Below, in pieces: positions 14,991 to 28,333 of a stretch of 64,000 bases of DNA (the stretch's first letter is position 1; each line of letters begins with the position of its first letter). This DNA comes from Paramecium tetraurelia. Taxonomy: Eukaryota. The position numbers and the translations under genes are program-made. The notes beneath the pieces were generated by a model that was not told the origin of the DNA, ran no database searches, and saw only the letters and a list, made by a program, of their open reading frames with translations. Where the stretch lies: the NCBI GenBank assembly GCA_000165425.1, contig CT868005.1:186001-250000 (forward strand), written 5' to 3'.

Positions 14991-15827
14991 ATGGACATCA
15001 CAGATAAATTTTTTTAAATAGCTGGAACATCTTCATTAAAATAGAGTATCTATGAAAGCGAGTCTGACTATTTTAATAGTTACACATAGTAGATAGTATG
15101 CAAATGAGCTTAATTTTAGTATAGCATGGTCATTACAATAATCTAATTTATGGAAATACAGAAGGACAAATATATTGCTAAATCAAATCTGTATGGACAT
15201 CCTTTTTCTGAAAAGGAGAGAGATGATTTTGACCATGAAGTGCAAACTAAAATTAGTTTATGTTCGGAGAAGATAAAGGGTATTTAAGAGATGCTGAAAT
15301 TATCAAAAACAAAGACAGAATATGCTCATAAAGAAATAGTGTTAGGGTGTCTGATTTGTGAATTAAATAAGGGTATTCTTCTATTCAAGGAATTTAAACT
15401 ATTTCGACAAAGACAAAAGGAAAGGATTTCATAGTTGACAAAATTGAGCAAAGTGAATTCCAAGATTGATAAAAGGTCAGAAGGATAAGTTCCAGTTTCA
15501 AGTGAATAAAAAAACGACCCTCTTTATCAGGAGAATCAACAATTATTAAAGAAATACGATAATGAAATGAAAGATATTCTGAGTATTCAACAGTAAATCA
15601 GGGACATTTCATCGTCTCTATAGAGAATGCAAGAGATAATTGCTCATCAGGAGAAATTAACAGAGGAAATAATGATTTAAGCAAATGAAAGTTTGTTAAA
15701 TATAGAAAAAGGAAATAAGCATTTAATTAGTGCAACGAAAATGAATGAATAACTTGGAACGAGATGGGGTTTGCTGTTTTTCTTAATGGGGATTATATTG
15801 TTAATTTATGATTATATAAATGCTTGA
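14991..15827 (+). CDS. STX18: Syntaxin-18/Ufe1-like Qa-SNARE
   Basis: 278-aa intronless ORF; FSEKERDDFD, AHKEIVL, SNARE heptads ...IAHQEKL...NIEKGNKHL and C-terminal TM segment WGLLFFLMGIILLIYDY. Confidence 0.8.
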
Positions 15828-15850
15828 ATTGATATAAAATTGGATATATA

Positions 15851-16868
15851 TCAATGCTTTGTTTCTTAGGGTTTTGGTGCGCTACTTCCACCTCCAGTGG
15901 TTTATAATCCTACTGCTGTTTTGAAGCTGTCATAAATCCACCATTACAAACCAGTGAGTGTACCAATCATAATAATTCTGGTACCTAATCCTCTCCATAA
16001 TCCTGAGAATCCAATTTCCTTGTAGATCTTACCAACGTTTTCACCCAAAGATCCTAAGATAATGCGATGTCCATACCTCCTGTTTAGATTGAGTTCAATT
16101 TTGATACGATAGTGTCAGCAGGGTGTGAAACGACGGCACAGAAGATACCAGCCAAATATCCTGATGCAAATGTCACTGACAATTATGTGAATTTAGAGTA
16201 TGAGTCCTTTGGTTTAGTGAACACATTTTCGTAGAATAATGCAACAATTTATTCAAAAGCAACGAACTTGACGATTGTGTATGGAACTTGTCTAGCCCAA
16301 AGTGGTCCCAAACCTTTGTAGAGTCCATTGATGCCTTAGATTACTTAGAGGATTATAAATACCTTCATTTCCTTTGACTTAATTGAATGCTTGAGTTCCA
16401 CTTGTGGTGAATGAACCTGGCTTTGAGGTTTACATTCTGACCTTGATTGCTTCCATTGGACATAAGAGAGTATCAGCAATGATTTCAGCACTTCCTGAAG
16501 CAATGGACCAACCGATTCTTCTATATTTATTGGCATTTTCTTCTCCGACAACCGATTTATAAACATCCTTGAAGATTTCATAGAATCCGAATTTGCCCAA
16601 GCCTTAAAGTGAATATCCGATCAAAGTTGGTCCCCAAGCCAATGTAAGTCCTCCGAATCCTTCGGTTTTACTGATTGTGCTTAATCCATCGCCCAAAGAT
16701 TTGTACAAAGTTGGGAAAACCTAGACAAGGATTATCATACTATTGTACTTATCTTCTGCACTTGACGACATCTAATGGGACAATTGCAGTGTGTGTAAGA
16801 CCACATGCTAAGGTGCCACCAATCATACATTTAACATAATAACTCAAATCGTGTTTATCTCCACCCAT
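15851..16868 (-). CDS. SLC25A3: Mitochondrial phosphate carrier (SLC25A3/PIC2/MIR1 family)
   Basis: [77 protein letters not shown]. Confidence 0.95.
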
Positions 16869-17071
16869 TAAAAATATAAAATATCTTTAATTCAATAAAA
16901 CAGAGATTCATTTTTCTTAAATATCACAAATCCATTAAGTATTATTTACGAACGAGTTTTGGTTTCCGCATACTTATTAACTTCCCGAAATAGATCCAGT
17001 TAAATTACAATATAAATATTTGTGCAATTTACAATCTTGATATAATCATTATATTTTCAATTAACATCTAA

Positions 17072-18545
17072 TCATTTAAAGGACGACTACTTTGTAATTC
17101 CAGTCAAGGAATCTCGTTTCATCGTAGAATTTGTGAACGTCTTCGATCTAAACAAAGATGGATTAACAGCATCATGCTTCTTTTTAGAAGGTATCATTTG
17201 AGTTATGTTAACCAATTAACATCTGATAGGGTAAAGTTCTTCGTCAGGTTCTGTATAAAATAATTATGTATACCATATTCTTGGTAACTCTGTTGGGTAA
17301 TTGTAACTCGATGGTCCAGAATTTAGGAGGAGGTCATATGAAATTCTTATTCTTCCACGATGGTTGACAGGAAGGCCTTGGACATGTGTTGTTTAGGTTC
17401 AATTTTAAGATTTTACTTAATGTTCACGAACCATTGATGAATCAAAGCTATTTCTACAGTTATTCCTGGAGAAAGCAATTGACTCAACAAATTAAGTTGA
17501 CTGACTCTATATAGAAATCTATATTGAGTTCTTTAAGAATTGGGTAAGGACCATTGATCCATTAAGGATTATATCAAATTTAAGTTAATGTCTTAAGAAA
17601 TTTCCCCTCTTGATGTATAAAATGTGATTTAGTAAAGTAGTTTTCCTACATTAAAAATATCTTTTTCTATATTTTTGACATTATGTTCCTTATATTTAGG
17701 GAAGAGTAAGGCAATTTGCAGAGTTGGACTGTTCACATTAATAAAGATATTCTGAAGATTAATGTTCCCATGGTATATGGTTTTGGCTTGATATTTCTGA
17801 ATGGTTTGTAGGGTCATGAAAATAATAGATACAATTGGCACTTCTTTAAATTCAAAACCATTTAATAAGAGTGATTCCAAAGATTATAACTTCATGCTTT
17901 CTCCAAGTATGTAATATCTTTATGCATCTTCACAAACCCTAACGACATTAGGAATCGATTAAAAAGCATGCATAATAGTTAATTAATTGTGGAACATTTG
18001 AAGTTCTTGATTTTCTTCCAGTTATTTCTTTTCAAATTTTAGAGTAGTGAAATGTTGATTATTTTTCTATTTTTATGTATATATTTTAATACTTTATATG
18101 ATTGGGAAAGAGGTAGACAGTTTTTCTGTTCTAAAAGACGATATTTCCCACTATAATTTTTATTAACACAAAACTTTTTAAGATAAATCTTTATTCTGAG
18201 AGACTGTTGAGAATTGGAAGTAATTAGATATTCTTTACCAGCAGTATTCTTAATAATAATGACATTGACTCCTTCATTATTTTTAGGTTTGCTCACTCTC
18301 TCCTCGAATTGGCATTTGCTCAATTCTATGTATTGATTATCAATAATCAGAGCATTGAAGGATATAACCATGTCTTTAAGGAGGAATTCCTTTGTTTTTT
18401 AGACGTAGATTATGACTTACTCTTTCAGCAATTCTTTGACGCATAATTTTTCAGCCAGTGTTCCTTCCAATTTCTGGAATAAACACTTCTAATCGTGCAT
18501 TTTCAGTTCATCTATCAACTAAGAATAGTGTTATTAAATTTGCAT
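17072..18545 (-). CDS. Protein-kinase-like protein, probable pseudokinase
   Basis: Kinase-fold remnants IYHGNINLQNIF (at the HRD position), DIFNVGKLL and ALIHQWF; no DFG seen. Confidence 0.7.
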
Positions 18546-18646
18546 AATATTAAATAAATTGATATTTCCACTTTTCAATTTAATTCACAAAAAAGAAACG
18601 AATATTATGATAATCATATCATCATTATCATTATATGTAGTAATAA

Positions 18647-21254
18647 TCATTAAAATTCTCTGTTTTGAATGTTTTTGAACTTTTCAATCACTTCTTGAAT
18701 ATTGTGCTATGGAAAATAGTGCATCAAATTGATTGGGCATTCGAATTCCATCTGCTGTATCTCAATTTACTCAAATTGCTTCTGCGTCTCTACTGTAGCC
18801 TTTGAAGAGACCTTCTTTTGAGGAGACGAGTATCTCTTGCTACTCATTGAATATTAGTGAACAAAACTGTCTTCATTGAGTGTGTTGATGTCACTCACTG
18901 AAGGGATAGCCTACAAGGGAGCATTCGGAGGAGTTATCTTAATTGAGGTTGTCCCTTGTTTCCCAATCTATTGCTTCTTGATTCGCGGTTGGGCTGCGAA
19001 AATTGAATCATCAACAATCTTATCTTCCATGTTCATCGTTATGGGTAAATCCTTAAAACTATTCGAACTTGATTGATGTTATTTATTTTAAGAATTACTT
19101 GAAATTTTGTCACTATCCTACTGTTTTGAAATCTTCCTCTATCCTTAGACATCCTTGAACATTGAAAACGTACTAAATGACAAACCTGAACCTTGAGGTT
19201 TTTGAATTGCACTCAAACTGTGACCAGAATTCGACTTTTGCAACGCCTTCGAATTTTCTTCAGAATTCAATGATTTTGACTTTTTTCTGGGATTGCTATT
19301 TTAAATTTATTAGGGCACTATTGAGTATTCTTTGACTGTTTCATCTTAAATTAAAATTTCTTAGAACATCGATGCAGCATCCTCAAACAACCTCTAAGAA
19401 AATACTGCATTTGTACTTCTATCTCTCTTTCTCTTGAACTTTGCTCTCCCCATATCTTCCGAAGTCAAGTGATTAGAAATCACACTTAATTTATTTTTAA
19501 ACAGATGAATTTTAGGACACTCATCTAAACCATGTCTCACATCCTAACATAGAGCACATTGGATCCCAATGTCCAACTGATTCATCTCCAATTGCATTCT
19601 ATACATTTACTACATAATAACATTTCACTTTTACATAATCAATTGGATATTTCCTCATCACCTTCAGAAACGAGTATCTACTTAAATATATGAATTGCGT
19701 TTTGTTTATTGACACCGCTTAACAAACGTCTGGTTTATCATAGAACAAGTAGTTCAATCCATAAAAAGCATTGTTCTACTGCGGACTTTCAATCCTCACG
19801 CTGTTGGGTAAAAATAACTCAAAACTACCTTTGGAACAATAGTATAATCCAGTTTAATCAAGGATTTCGTTATGTGAGAAGGTGTACTCTTTGAATTACA
19901 GAATTATTTCCCTGTAGCATTCTTAAGAAATCTGTGAGAAGAATGGAATCTACTATAGGATTTTTGAAAACATCTCTATCTTCAGGTCCTCATTTAAGTA
20001 TTGCGGTAATAACTGTAAAATCTATTGTTCTTATTCATGATTGCTCAGATACTTCTCCTACCATTTGTTATATAAAATTGACTTAACTTCCTATTGTAAT
20101 TTTTTACTTATTTTCTTCTCATTTAAATAATGATTGATCACATCAACATTTTCTGTGAATTACCCAAATTTCAGAAACCACTTTTATATGTTTATCACAA
20201 CAAAGATTATAAAGACTATATTCGAAATCTAAATCAAAATTGTGACTATAACTAAAGATTCATTTCTCAACTGAATTAAGTTCTATCCCACCGTTGTTAT
20301 TGTTGTAATCGACCAAAATAAGGAATAACAATAACTGCTACTCCAGTCTTAACTCTCATTCAGGTCTTCAATCCATGGATCTGCCTTGTTGTTTGATACT
20401 ATAAAAAATATCAGAGCAGAAACATGGATAAATAGTAAGTACACAATTACAATCTCAAAAGTGGAGATATTTTTAATGTATAGTAGATAATTCTACTTTA
20501 CCATTTTGTATTTCTTAATCGAAAAATAGAAATGCAAAAATAATACAATGCATAAGTATTGGAACTCTATCAAATTATTCACAATGATTAATACAAATAT
20601 TAATACATGAGAGACTGATTCGTAGATGTTATTCATTTAAGTTTGCTCTTTAAACTATATTATTGATTCCAACACCATTATAAAATATTGGATTATATAA
20701 AAGGAAACATTAAAAATTTACTTGGTTCCAAAAGCAATAGTGATTGTACATTCATAAATGAATAGGAATCCGATCACAAAGTAAACGATATCGTAGACGC
20801 TGTAAAATTGTTAGTATATATTTCTTAGCTTTTTATAGATCAGTTATTAATCCAAGGGTGAGTAATTAAAACACAAATCATTTAAAATCATCTAGTATCT
20901 TAATGAAAATTCATTTAAATTTACAGTAGCATTCTATTCCTCATTCACTAATTTTAGTAGGATTGAATTATAGGTCTTTTGGGGTGAATTTGGAAATTCA
21001 AAATACGACTAATTTTCATTCTTTTATTGAAGCAGTGCCTATTAGGGCGATTCCAAATTTAGCGTATTATCTTTGGATGTCAATTTCTCTTTATTGTTTT
21101 GTTAGTCGTAGTTTAGATAATCTAAAATATTATCTTCATTAGGTCTTCTGACTTTGAGAAATTAATTGTTCATCATAACGATCACTTCATTAATATCCTC
21201 TTTCCTGTCTTCTGATGAATTAATATCTATGGAACTTGAATTTTATACATTCAT
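18647..21254 (-). CDS. Cyclic-nucleotide-binding-domain cation channel (EAG/KCNH-like, divergent)
   Basis: Hydrophobic TM segments, pore helix YCYSLFWSITTITTVG, C-linker LPQYLNEDL...QIPFF, CALC..HGLDECP knuckle, C-terminal YFPQHNI; one 25-nt intron. Confidence 0.85.
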
Positions 21255-21324
21255 AACAATAAATTTTATAATTGATAAATTTCAATTTGATTATATACAT
21301 CCATATTAACACATCCATCATCAT

Positions 21325-22391
21325 ATGACTCAATCCAATGAACCAAAAGGCCTCCCCCTTGAATCATGGCCCAGATAATTTAAATCCAAATAATATTATA
21401 TTTTATATCGATAATTATCGACAATGAATCAAAACACAGAAAACTTCTTCTAACACATGTACTCTAAAGCTGGAAAGTCAAGCTCTCAAATATTTGCTCA
21501 TCTCCTGGGTAAAGCTAGCAAAGTGTAATCCATCTAAAAATCAAACGATGCTCAATCCATTATTATAACACCAAGTCAATCTCCTAAAAAACCCTCAAGA
21601 TAATAACCTTTTAGCTTGGGTTTGTCGAGGGAATATTTACACAAGCTACAAAATTAAGGGAAACCTAATATGCCCATTGGGGTTTACAATCCGAAATATT
21701 CTGTCATATAGAAGTAAAGAATATAACTATTAAGAAAGTCTGATTTAGGTGGTAAATTTGCTGTGGAACACAAAATTATGATAAAGCAAGGCAACGAGTC
21801 CTAAACATCAATCGATTCAAGCAATACTTAATCTAGAAGAACAAAGGGGTTTGTGGATTTGAAGAGACAATTGTCGAGAGAACAATCCACTCGATAGTAG
21901 AATGCTTCTTCAAATGTAACTTTGAACTAGTTTATATCAATTGACACTAATTCAATTAGGGCGTATGATATTGATTTTAGCATCATTTTAGAAGACCTCG
22001 AAGTGCTCATTTTAAGGGATCTGGACATTCTTTAAATATTAACAAATATAATTGTTTTTAATCATTTTATGATGCCGATTATGAGGCTGGGAAACGAAAA
22101 ATAAGTTTTGTTGGTCCTGGATTTGAAAAGTAAACCGTTAGGAAATCTCTAATGAATAAATCTGTTTGTTTAAGAGAGTAATCAATTTATCAATATGATC
22201 AATTTTCAAATAAAAATTCAATAGTACATCCAAATACCAGAAATGTCATGATTGATTTCAAGAAGATTTTGGGCAGAACTTATAGAAATGAACAAGGCGT
22301 GCCCAGCCACATGTCTAAGACAAACAGAAGCAGAATTATGATTGAAACTCTTAATTAAAAAATGCTAGAACTTAATGCATCAGCTCAATGA
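21325..22391 (+). CDS. Hypothetical protein
   Basis: In-frame ATGs at 21325 and 21424; motifs PIGVYNPKY, KGFVDLKRQLSR, IDFKKILGR; TGA at 22389-22391. Confidence 0.7.
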
Positions 22392-22463
22392 TGGATTAAA
22401 CGAATGTTCAATTATAAAAGAAATAAGAAATCAATTTTCATATTTTATTTATAAATTAAAATT

Positions 22464-23012
22464 ATGACTCATACTAATAATATAGCCTTATAAACTTCGT
22501 ACGATCATTTTCTCAATTTTGATTTGGATGAAATGTTACCTGAAACCCCATTAGGACCATGGTTTATTTAAAAAAAGAAGGAACCCAAACACATTAAGGA
22601 AAGTCCCTTAAAAGAAAGAAAGCAATTTGTAATCAAAAAGCAAAATCACAAACATATGTTGACTGAACCGGTCAAATATTAGGATCAAATAGAAGAAATC
22701 TCGCAATTCAAACAACCTTCAGTAGAATAAATAATCAAACAGCACTTCACCAATCACAATCTCAAAAATAATAAGAGTTCATAAGGTATAAGAGAGAGGC
22801 CATCTACTAATTTAATACAAAATAAAGTAAAATAGTAATTCACCAGGAAAAAAGAGGAAAGAGTATCTTCGGTCATACTTTTAACTCGTAAAAAGAACAT
22901 AGATCTTTAATTAGATAAGTTTTTAAAACTATACCATATTTATAAAATACCATTATTGAATAAGTGTAATATTACTGGTAATGTATGCAAGCTGCAATCC
23001 AAAAAAATATGA
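22464..23012 (+). CDS. Hypothetical protein (182 aa)
   Basis: Code-6 ORF MTHTNNIALQTSYDHFLNFDLD...CKLQSKKI*. Confidence 0.7.
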
Positions 23013-23120
23013 ATATATCTAACATATATGCTATTTCATATGTATTGGATAACCTGTTATATTTTAATTATAAATAAATACCCTTAAGAAATAATAATTT
23101 AACAATAAGTATAATAATAT

Positions 23121-24321
23121 TCAATCTGTGTCATAGGTTATTTTTTTGGTCACTTAATTTTGTTATTCAAAATCAATGGTTTAGATATTCTGAGGAGACT
23201 GAGGAGACTGATTCGAACCTTCTTCCAATTACTCTTTGTTTACTTATGAATTATCTATTAAGTTGTCCACTTCATTTTATTACTGTAATTGTTCTTCTCT
23301 TACATTATTCTTATTTCCTTCTTACTCCTTCATTTAATTGTCATTAGATCCCACTTTATCCTGATCTCCCTGTATATTTAGTTGCTCTTTTTCACCTTCA
23401 TCATCTGCATCTTCGATGTCTTCCTACTTTTACACTTGTTCTTATTACTAAGGTTTTTCAATGATTTCCTGAACAATCTTACTAATTTTATCTTGATAGG
23501 GTTCATAAGGTTGAAAATCAGAATCAAAGAGACTTCTAATGTATTATTATAGGGTAAATTATTACCTTTAAGGATATTCCTAATTTGTTAAGATTTATCT
23601 AGTCTCTGTGTCGTTGTCTTGCCTAGTTCTTGATCTGAATAGATTAATAATACTTGATACTTTGTTTATTAGTTTTTAATTTCCAAGGGATCTAATTTCT
23701 TATTGTTAAAATTATCTCTTTCTAAAAATATAACTTATGAATTATTACTTTATAGTGAAGACTCGCTAATTCTTGAGTTTGTCCAATATTGAACTAAAGT
23801 TTTAGTTGGCTTGAAATCCTTATAGGGATATTCACAAATATTAGAAATTTATTTTTCAACCCATCTTCTCTCTTGATTCCAATCTTTAACATTATATTAA
23901 GATTTCTAATCTTAAATTCTTTTCAAGAGTAATTGGTTCTCCATGACTATCTTGATCAATTCTTTTTTTCTGTGATCTTTGTTAAGCGACTTTTTTGGAC
24001 CAAGACTCACAGTAGTGGATTTCTTAATTGCAAAATTCGAGATGGAGTTATCTAAATTAGTATTTAATTATTACTTGATTGTTACTGCATAATATTGTTT
24101 AATTTGGATATAAGGTTATAATTTTCTCTGTCTATTTCTTATTGTTTTTGTGATTTGATAGCTTCCTTAATCTTTTTGTTTTTTAGAAACTCATATTGTT
24201 TTGGTGCGCTAGTGTTGATTTATGGTCTCATAGTCGATAGATGAGTATTTAGAATGTTTTGGTTCTAGAATATTTCTTTAGTTGCACAAATTTTATTCCC
24301 TATTGGGATGTTTCGATTCAT
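23121..24321 (-). CDS. CFAP97/hemingway (KIAA1430) domain protein
   Basis: MRPQINTSAPK, EIDRENYNLISKL, KSLNKDHRKKELIKIVMENQLLLKRI; acidic low-complexity tail. Confidence 0.8.
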
Positions 24322-24854
24322 TTAATAATATTTATAAAACTGTCATAATGTTCTTTAAATACTATATGATAGTAACTGAGAAGAAGAAGAATTAAACTAT
24401 GAAACAAAAGGATGTCTTAAATAAAGGTTTCAATATTGACATTGTCCAAATTGTATTTAACCACATTGAATCGATTATTAATGTCAAAGACCTTTCTATT
24501 TCATTAATAATTTTTTTAGTTCTCTACAAAGAGCAGTTCAATTATAAAGTAAGTTAAATAATGCCAATAAATACATTTTCTACTTATAAATAGATGGTTT
24601 TATAGAATTTACATTGATAAATAATTCATTAAACCAAAAGACAAATTAAGAGATTTCAGATATCAAAAATAGGTTAATATCATTTGAATACACTCAAATA
24701 TTATGTGAGGATTTTTATCAATTCTGAAAAATTAAACATAGAAAAACTTTGGTTTGCGATTACAAAATTTAAATTGAGATTTAATGATAATAATTCATTA
24801 CTCATTTTGATCTTATAATAAGGTTTTAGAATTCAATAATTAATTAATTATAAT

Positions 24855-26901
24855 ATGATCAAAAAATATACATTAACATTTAATTCATCTGAACTTGAAT
24901 AATCATTTAACGTATGGATTATTGATCAAAGTCAAAATATGTATGAATTTACTTTGGCCACATTCTCAATCTATTTGATACTTAACCTTATTAACTACAA
25001 TCAGAGCATCATCTATATAATAACTACATCGGTGACTCTCTGCATTGAATTGACCATGCTTTTCTTTTTCCGCAGATATCCTATGCAAAGGGAGGTCATA
25101 AAGAGCTTAAATTTGATTGTCATTAGCATACTGATAGGCATTTACATATGGTTAAACCAAAGCTAAAATATATACATAGAAGTTGGAGCTGCTAGATTAT
25201 GTATAATATTCATACCATCCACTAGGTCTCTATTTATAGGGTAACATATTTACCATCCAAACAGCAATATTTCTATTCAGTCAAGCTGCTGAATTATCAA
25301 TTCTTCAATAATAGATGATTCCTTTAATTAAGTATAGTGTTTTTTGTGTTTACTTTATCTATCACCGTTATCAAACAGAGATGAATAGACGCTAGCACTA
25401 CCTGGCTTACAGATCTCAAATCCTGTATGAGAATTTCATAGAAGAATAATTGCCAGCATGGGTAGTACTGGTTAAATATGATACAAAATAGGCTCAGTTA
25501 AAAATGGACAAAATAAATAGGGTCATGAAGGACACTTTTAACTTGAATTCAGATTAGAAGTTCAGAGAATTTCTAAGGGATTCTAATATTTAACCACTGG
25601 AAGGAATCAATCACAAAGCATTTAGCTTCGAAGACGAACTCATTAAAGATTTACTCCAAAAATAACAAAACGACAAAATTACTAAATTTGTTGGAAGATT
25701 CGTTGGCAATGACAAGAAGGGGCAATTTCAAATCACAAAAATCTATTTTAATACTCTAGAACCAACAATTTTGTTATTATTTATAGAGGAAGGTGATGAT
25801 TTATTTGATTTTTTCACTCATTAACTATAATGGAGAGATCAATAACTTGTTAATCATAGTAAAGCATGTGTGAAGTATATCAAAGATTAAATCAATTTAT
25901 TAAAATTCCTCAAATAATAAGCGACCACATAGTAACTTTATCATATCAATAATTAAATTAGTAATAGCTATCTACTCTTCAACTAAAGTTTGAACATTTT
26001 TAATATCACTAAAATCATCTACAACAAATTAAAATATCATATCAACTAATTTAACTTATAAGATTTAATTACATAATTAAAAGAGGATTTAAAATTTTCG
26101 AATAAATAATTATTATTTGATTTAGAATTGAAAACAGACAGATCAAAAATGATTTCAGTTATTCTAAGTATTTCAGAATTTATTAGATTAATGCTTGCCA
26201 TCAACTCAGATAATGAAAAACAGCTTTATGAAATTCACCCTTTAGGCTTTCCAATTTAAATTAAATTTAAAAGAATTTACACTAATCCAGGATGCCTATT
26301 AATTACAATGAAACATTAACTCCTAAACATTCCAATTTAAATACAAGAATTTTTATCAAAAGGGGCTTCTTTTACTGATCATAAAAAAAGAAATTGGGGT
26401 GTAAATCACTATTATGAGAACATTTAAAATTTGAGTGATTAATTTCATAAAATCAATGTTACAACTCATAACTTAAGAAATGGTTAAATGCCATGTATTG
26501 AACTTGATCTAAATTTGCAGCAACAGTAATAGAGGATCGAAGTCAATTTGGATGGAAGTACTGAACCTTTCAGCACTTTAGGACTTCCACTGGCTTAATA
26601 TTTAATATCTTAGATTGGTCCCAACAATCAAATCTAATTTTAAGATAAACCATTGAAACATTTCCCCGATCCCCTGTCTTTCCGAAATGCTACAACCTAA
26701 ACAAAAATATAGTTCAAATTATACGAGGACTTAAATTAATTTATATATCAATTAAATTAATAAGATCCAAATCCTTATTTAGACTTTTTCATCTCTAATA
26801 GTAGTTAGAAAGGTGGATTTAAAACTTACTGCAGTATGTCTCCTCAAAATCATCGAAAAAGTGGAATGACATCATAATTGATTAATTTTAAATTAAATTG
26901 A
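24855..26901 (+). CDS. Multi-pass membrane protein with degenerate histidine-kinase-like C-terminus
   Basis: MIKKYTLTF start, several TM helices, then FNLQDLITQL, LKTDRSKMISVI and TLGLPLAQYLISQIGP resembling a decayed HATPase_c. Confidence 0.65.
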
Positions 26902-27170
26902 CTTCATTTTATTTTACCTACATAAACAATTTTTTATTTCTTTTTTGCATCTTTATACTTTTAATTATTTTAAATTATAATGCTAATCACCAATATAATC
27001 AAAAAACAAATAAAAATTACTAAGAAATTAATAATTCCTACTAAATTTAGACATATACTATCACAATAATATATTAAAATTTTTGCTAAAATTGAAAAAA
27101 TTGATTTTTTTGGTTAATTTTCAAATATTTGAAGGTGAAATATTTTGTTTTATATACTATATTTAATAGA

Positions 27171-28160
27171 TCATCTTCTAATGGCTAATAAGGCTAACGA
27201 CATTATTGAAGAAAGCCCAAAAAATAATGAATATGCTTAATGTGTCTAAGGAGTAGGCAAAGGCTTATCAAAGTTGTCTTTGGTGGCAGGAATTGGATAT
27301 AAGTTAGCTGATTCTTCATCATATTCTTGCACCAATCTTTCTATGTATGCAGATGAGCAATCTGTCTACAATATTAGCTTTCATCATCATACCAAATTGA
27401 ACGATCTGTACAATCTTGACATGAACCACAAATCAATATAATTGTACACTCCCTCTCTTGGCCAATTTCTACGTCCCTTCAAAACATCTTCCTCTTCTCC
27501 TTTTCTTACCATTCCTACAAATTCGACAAAAGGCATTTGATAATCCTCTTCCATATTTAATACATTTCTATTGAATCCTGTCAATTAATCGTCATCTTCA
27601 TTATGAGGTACATTTTCATAGGTCTAATTTTAATCTCAATTTCAATTACTGTTGTTCCAATAGGCTCTTGTCCCATTTGAATATCGCTAATGTTATCCTT
27701 TGGCACCCATCCTAAATTCACCATGACTTGTGATTTGGTAGTTTGTTCAGGATCTTGTTCTGTATCATTGAATTACAAAGCTGTTACAAATGGGGCAAAG
27801 ACTAGGAAACCGTCTCTTCCCTCTCTTTCTCTTCTAACGAAAAATCTTTCATCCTAAGAAATTATAACAATTCAATCGAGTACTCTGAAATATCCATATA
27901 ATTTCACTAATTTATATTCCCATTATCTGATATTACGAGCCCATGGATATCTATTAGCATTGAGACCATTGATTGTAATGGGTTTCCATTCAGTAATCTC
28001 ATTTTCTACTTTCTCGTATAATTATTTTTGTTAAGCACCCTTCCATTGATGCCAAGCACAACCCATAAGCTCCTCCAAAGAACACTCCATATGCCAATAA
28101 CTTAATGATTCCATTACTTTGTCTTTAGGCGAACGAATTGAAAACTTATGTCGAAAGCAT
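27171..28160 (-). CDS. SURF1: SURF1/SHY1 cytochrome c oxidase assembly factor (5' frame anomaly, see findings)
   Basis: WEYKLVKLYGYF, GFLVFAPF, VMVNLGWVPK, FVGMVRKGE, YIDL, C-terminal HQAYSLFFGLS TM segment; three canonical tiny introns. Confidence 0.85.
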
Positions 28161-28333
28161 AAAAGATTGAAAAATATTAATATAAAAAATCAATAATTAA
28201 AGCATATAAAATTATTATACAAAACAAAATCATTTTATTTATCTCTATAACATATATCTATACATTGAAGTTATTATACATGTCTTAAGTAATAATCATT
28301 GAAAATAATACTAATATTAATTGATATTATAAT

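Noticed and set aside
21300..21400. Relatively GC-rich stretch as a possible snoRNA or uORF
   Set aside because: It reads in frame from ATG 21325 into the downstream gene, so coding sequence explains it.
23191..23210. Short tandem repeat TGAGGAGAC
   Set aside because: Only about two copies, encoding QSPQSPQ in a low-complexity protein tail.
24366..24617. 83-codon plus-strand ORF in code 6
   Set aside because: No recognisable motif; with a single stop codon, ORFs of this size arise by chance.
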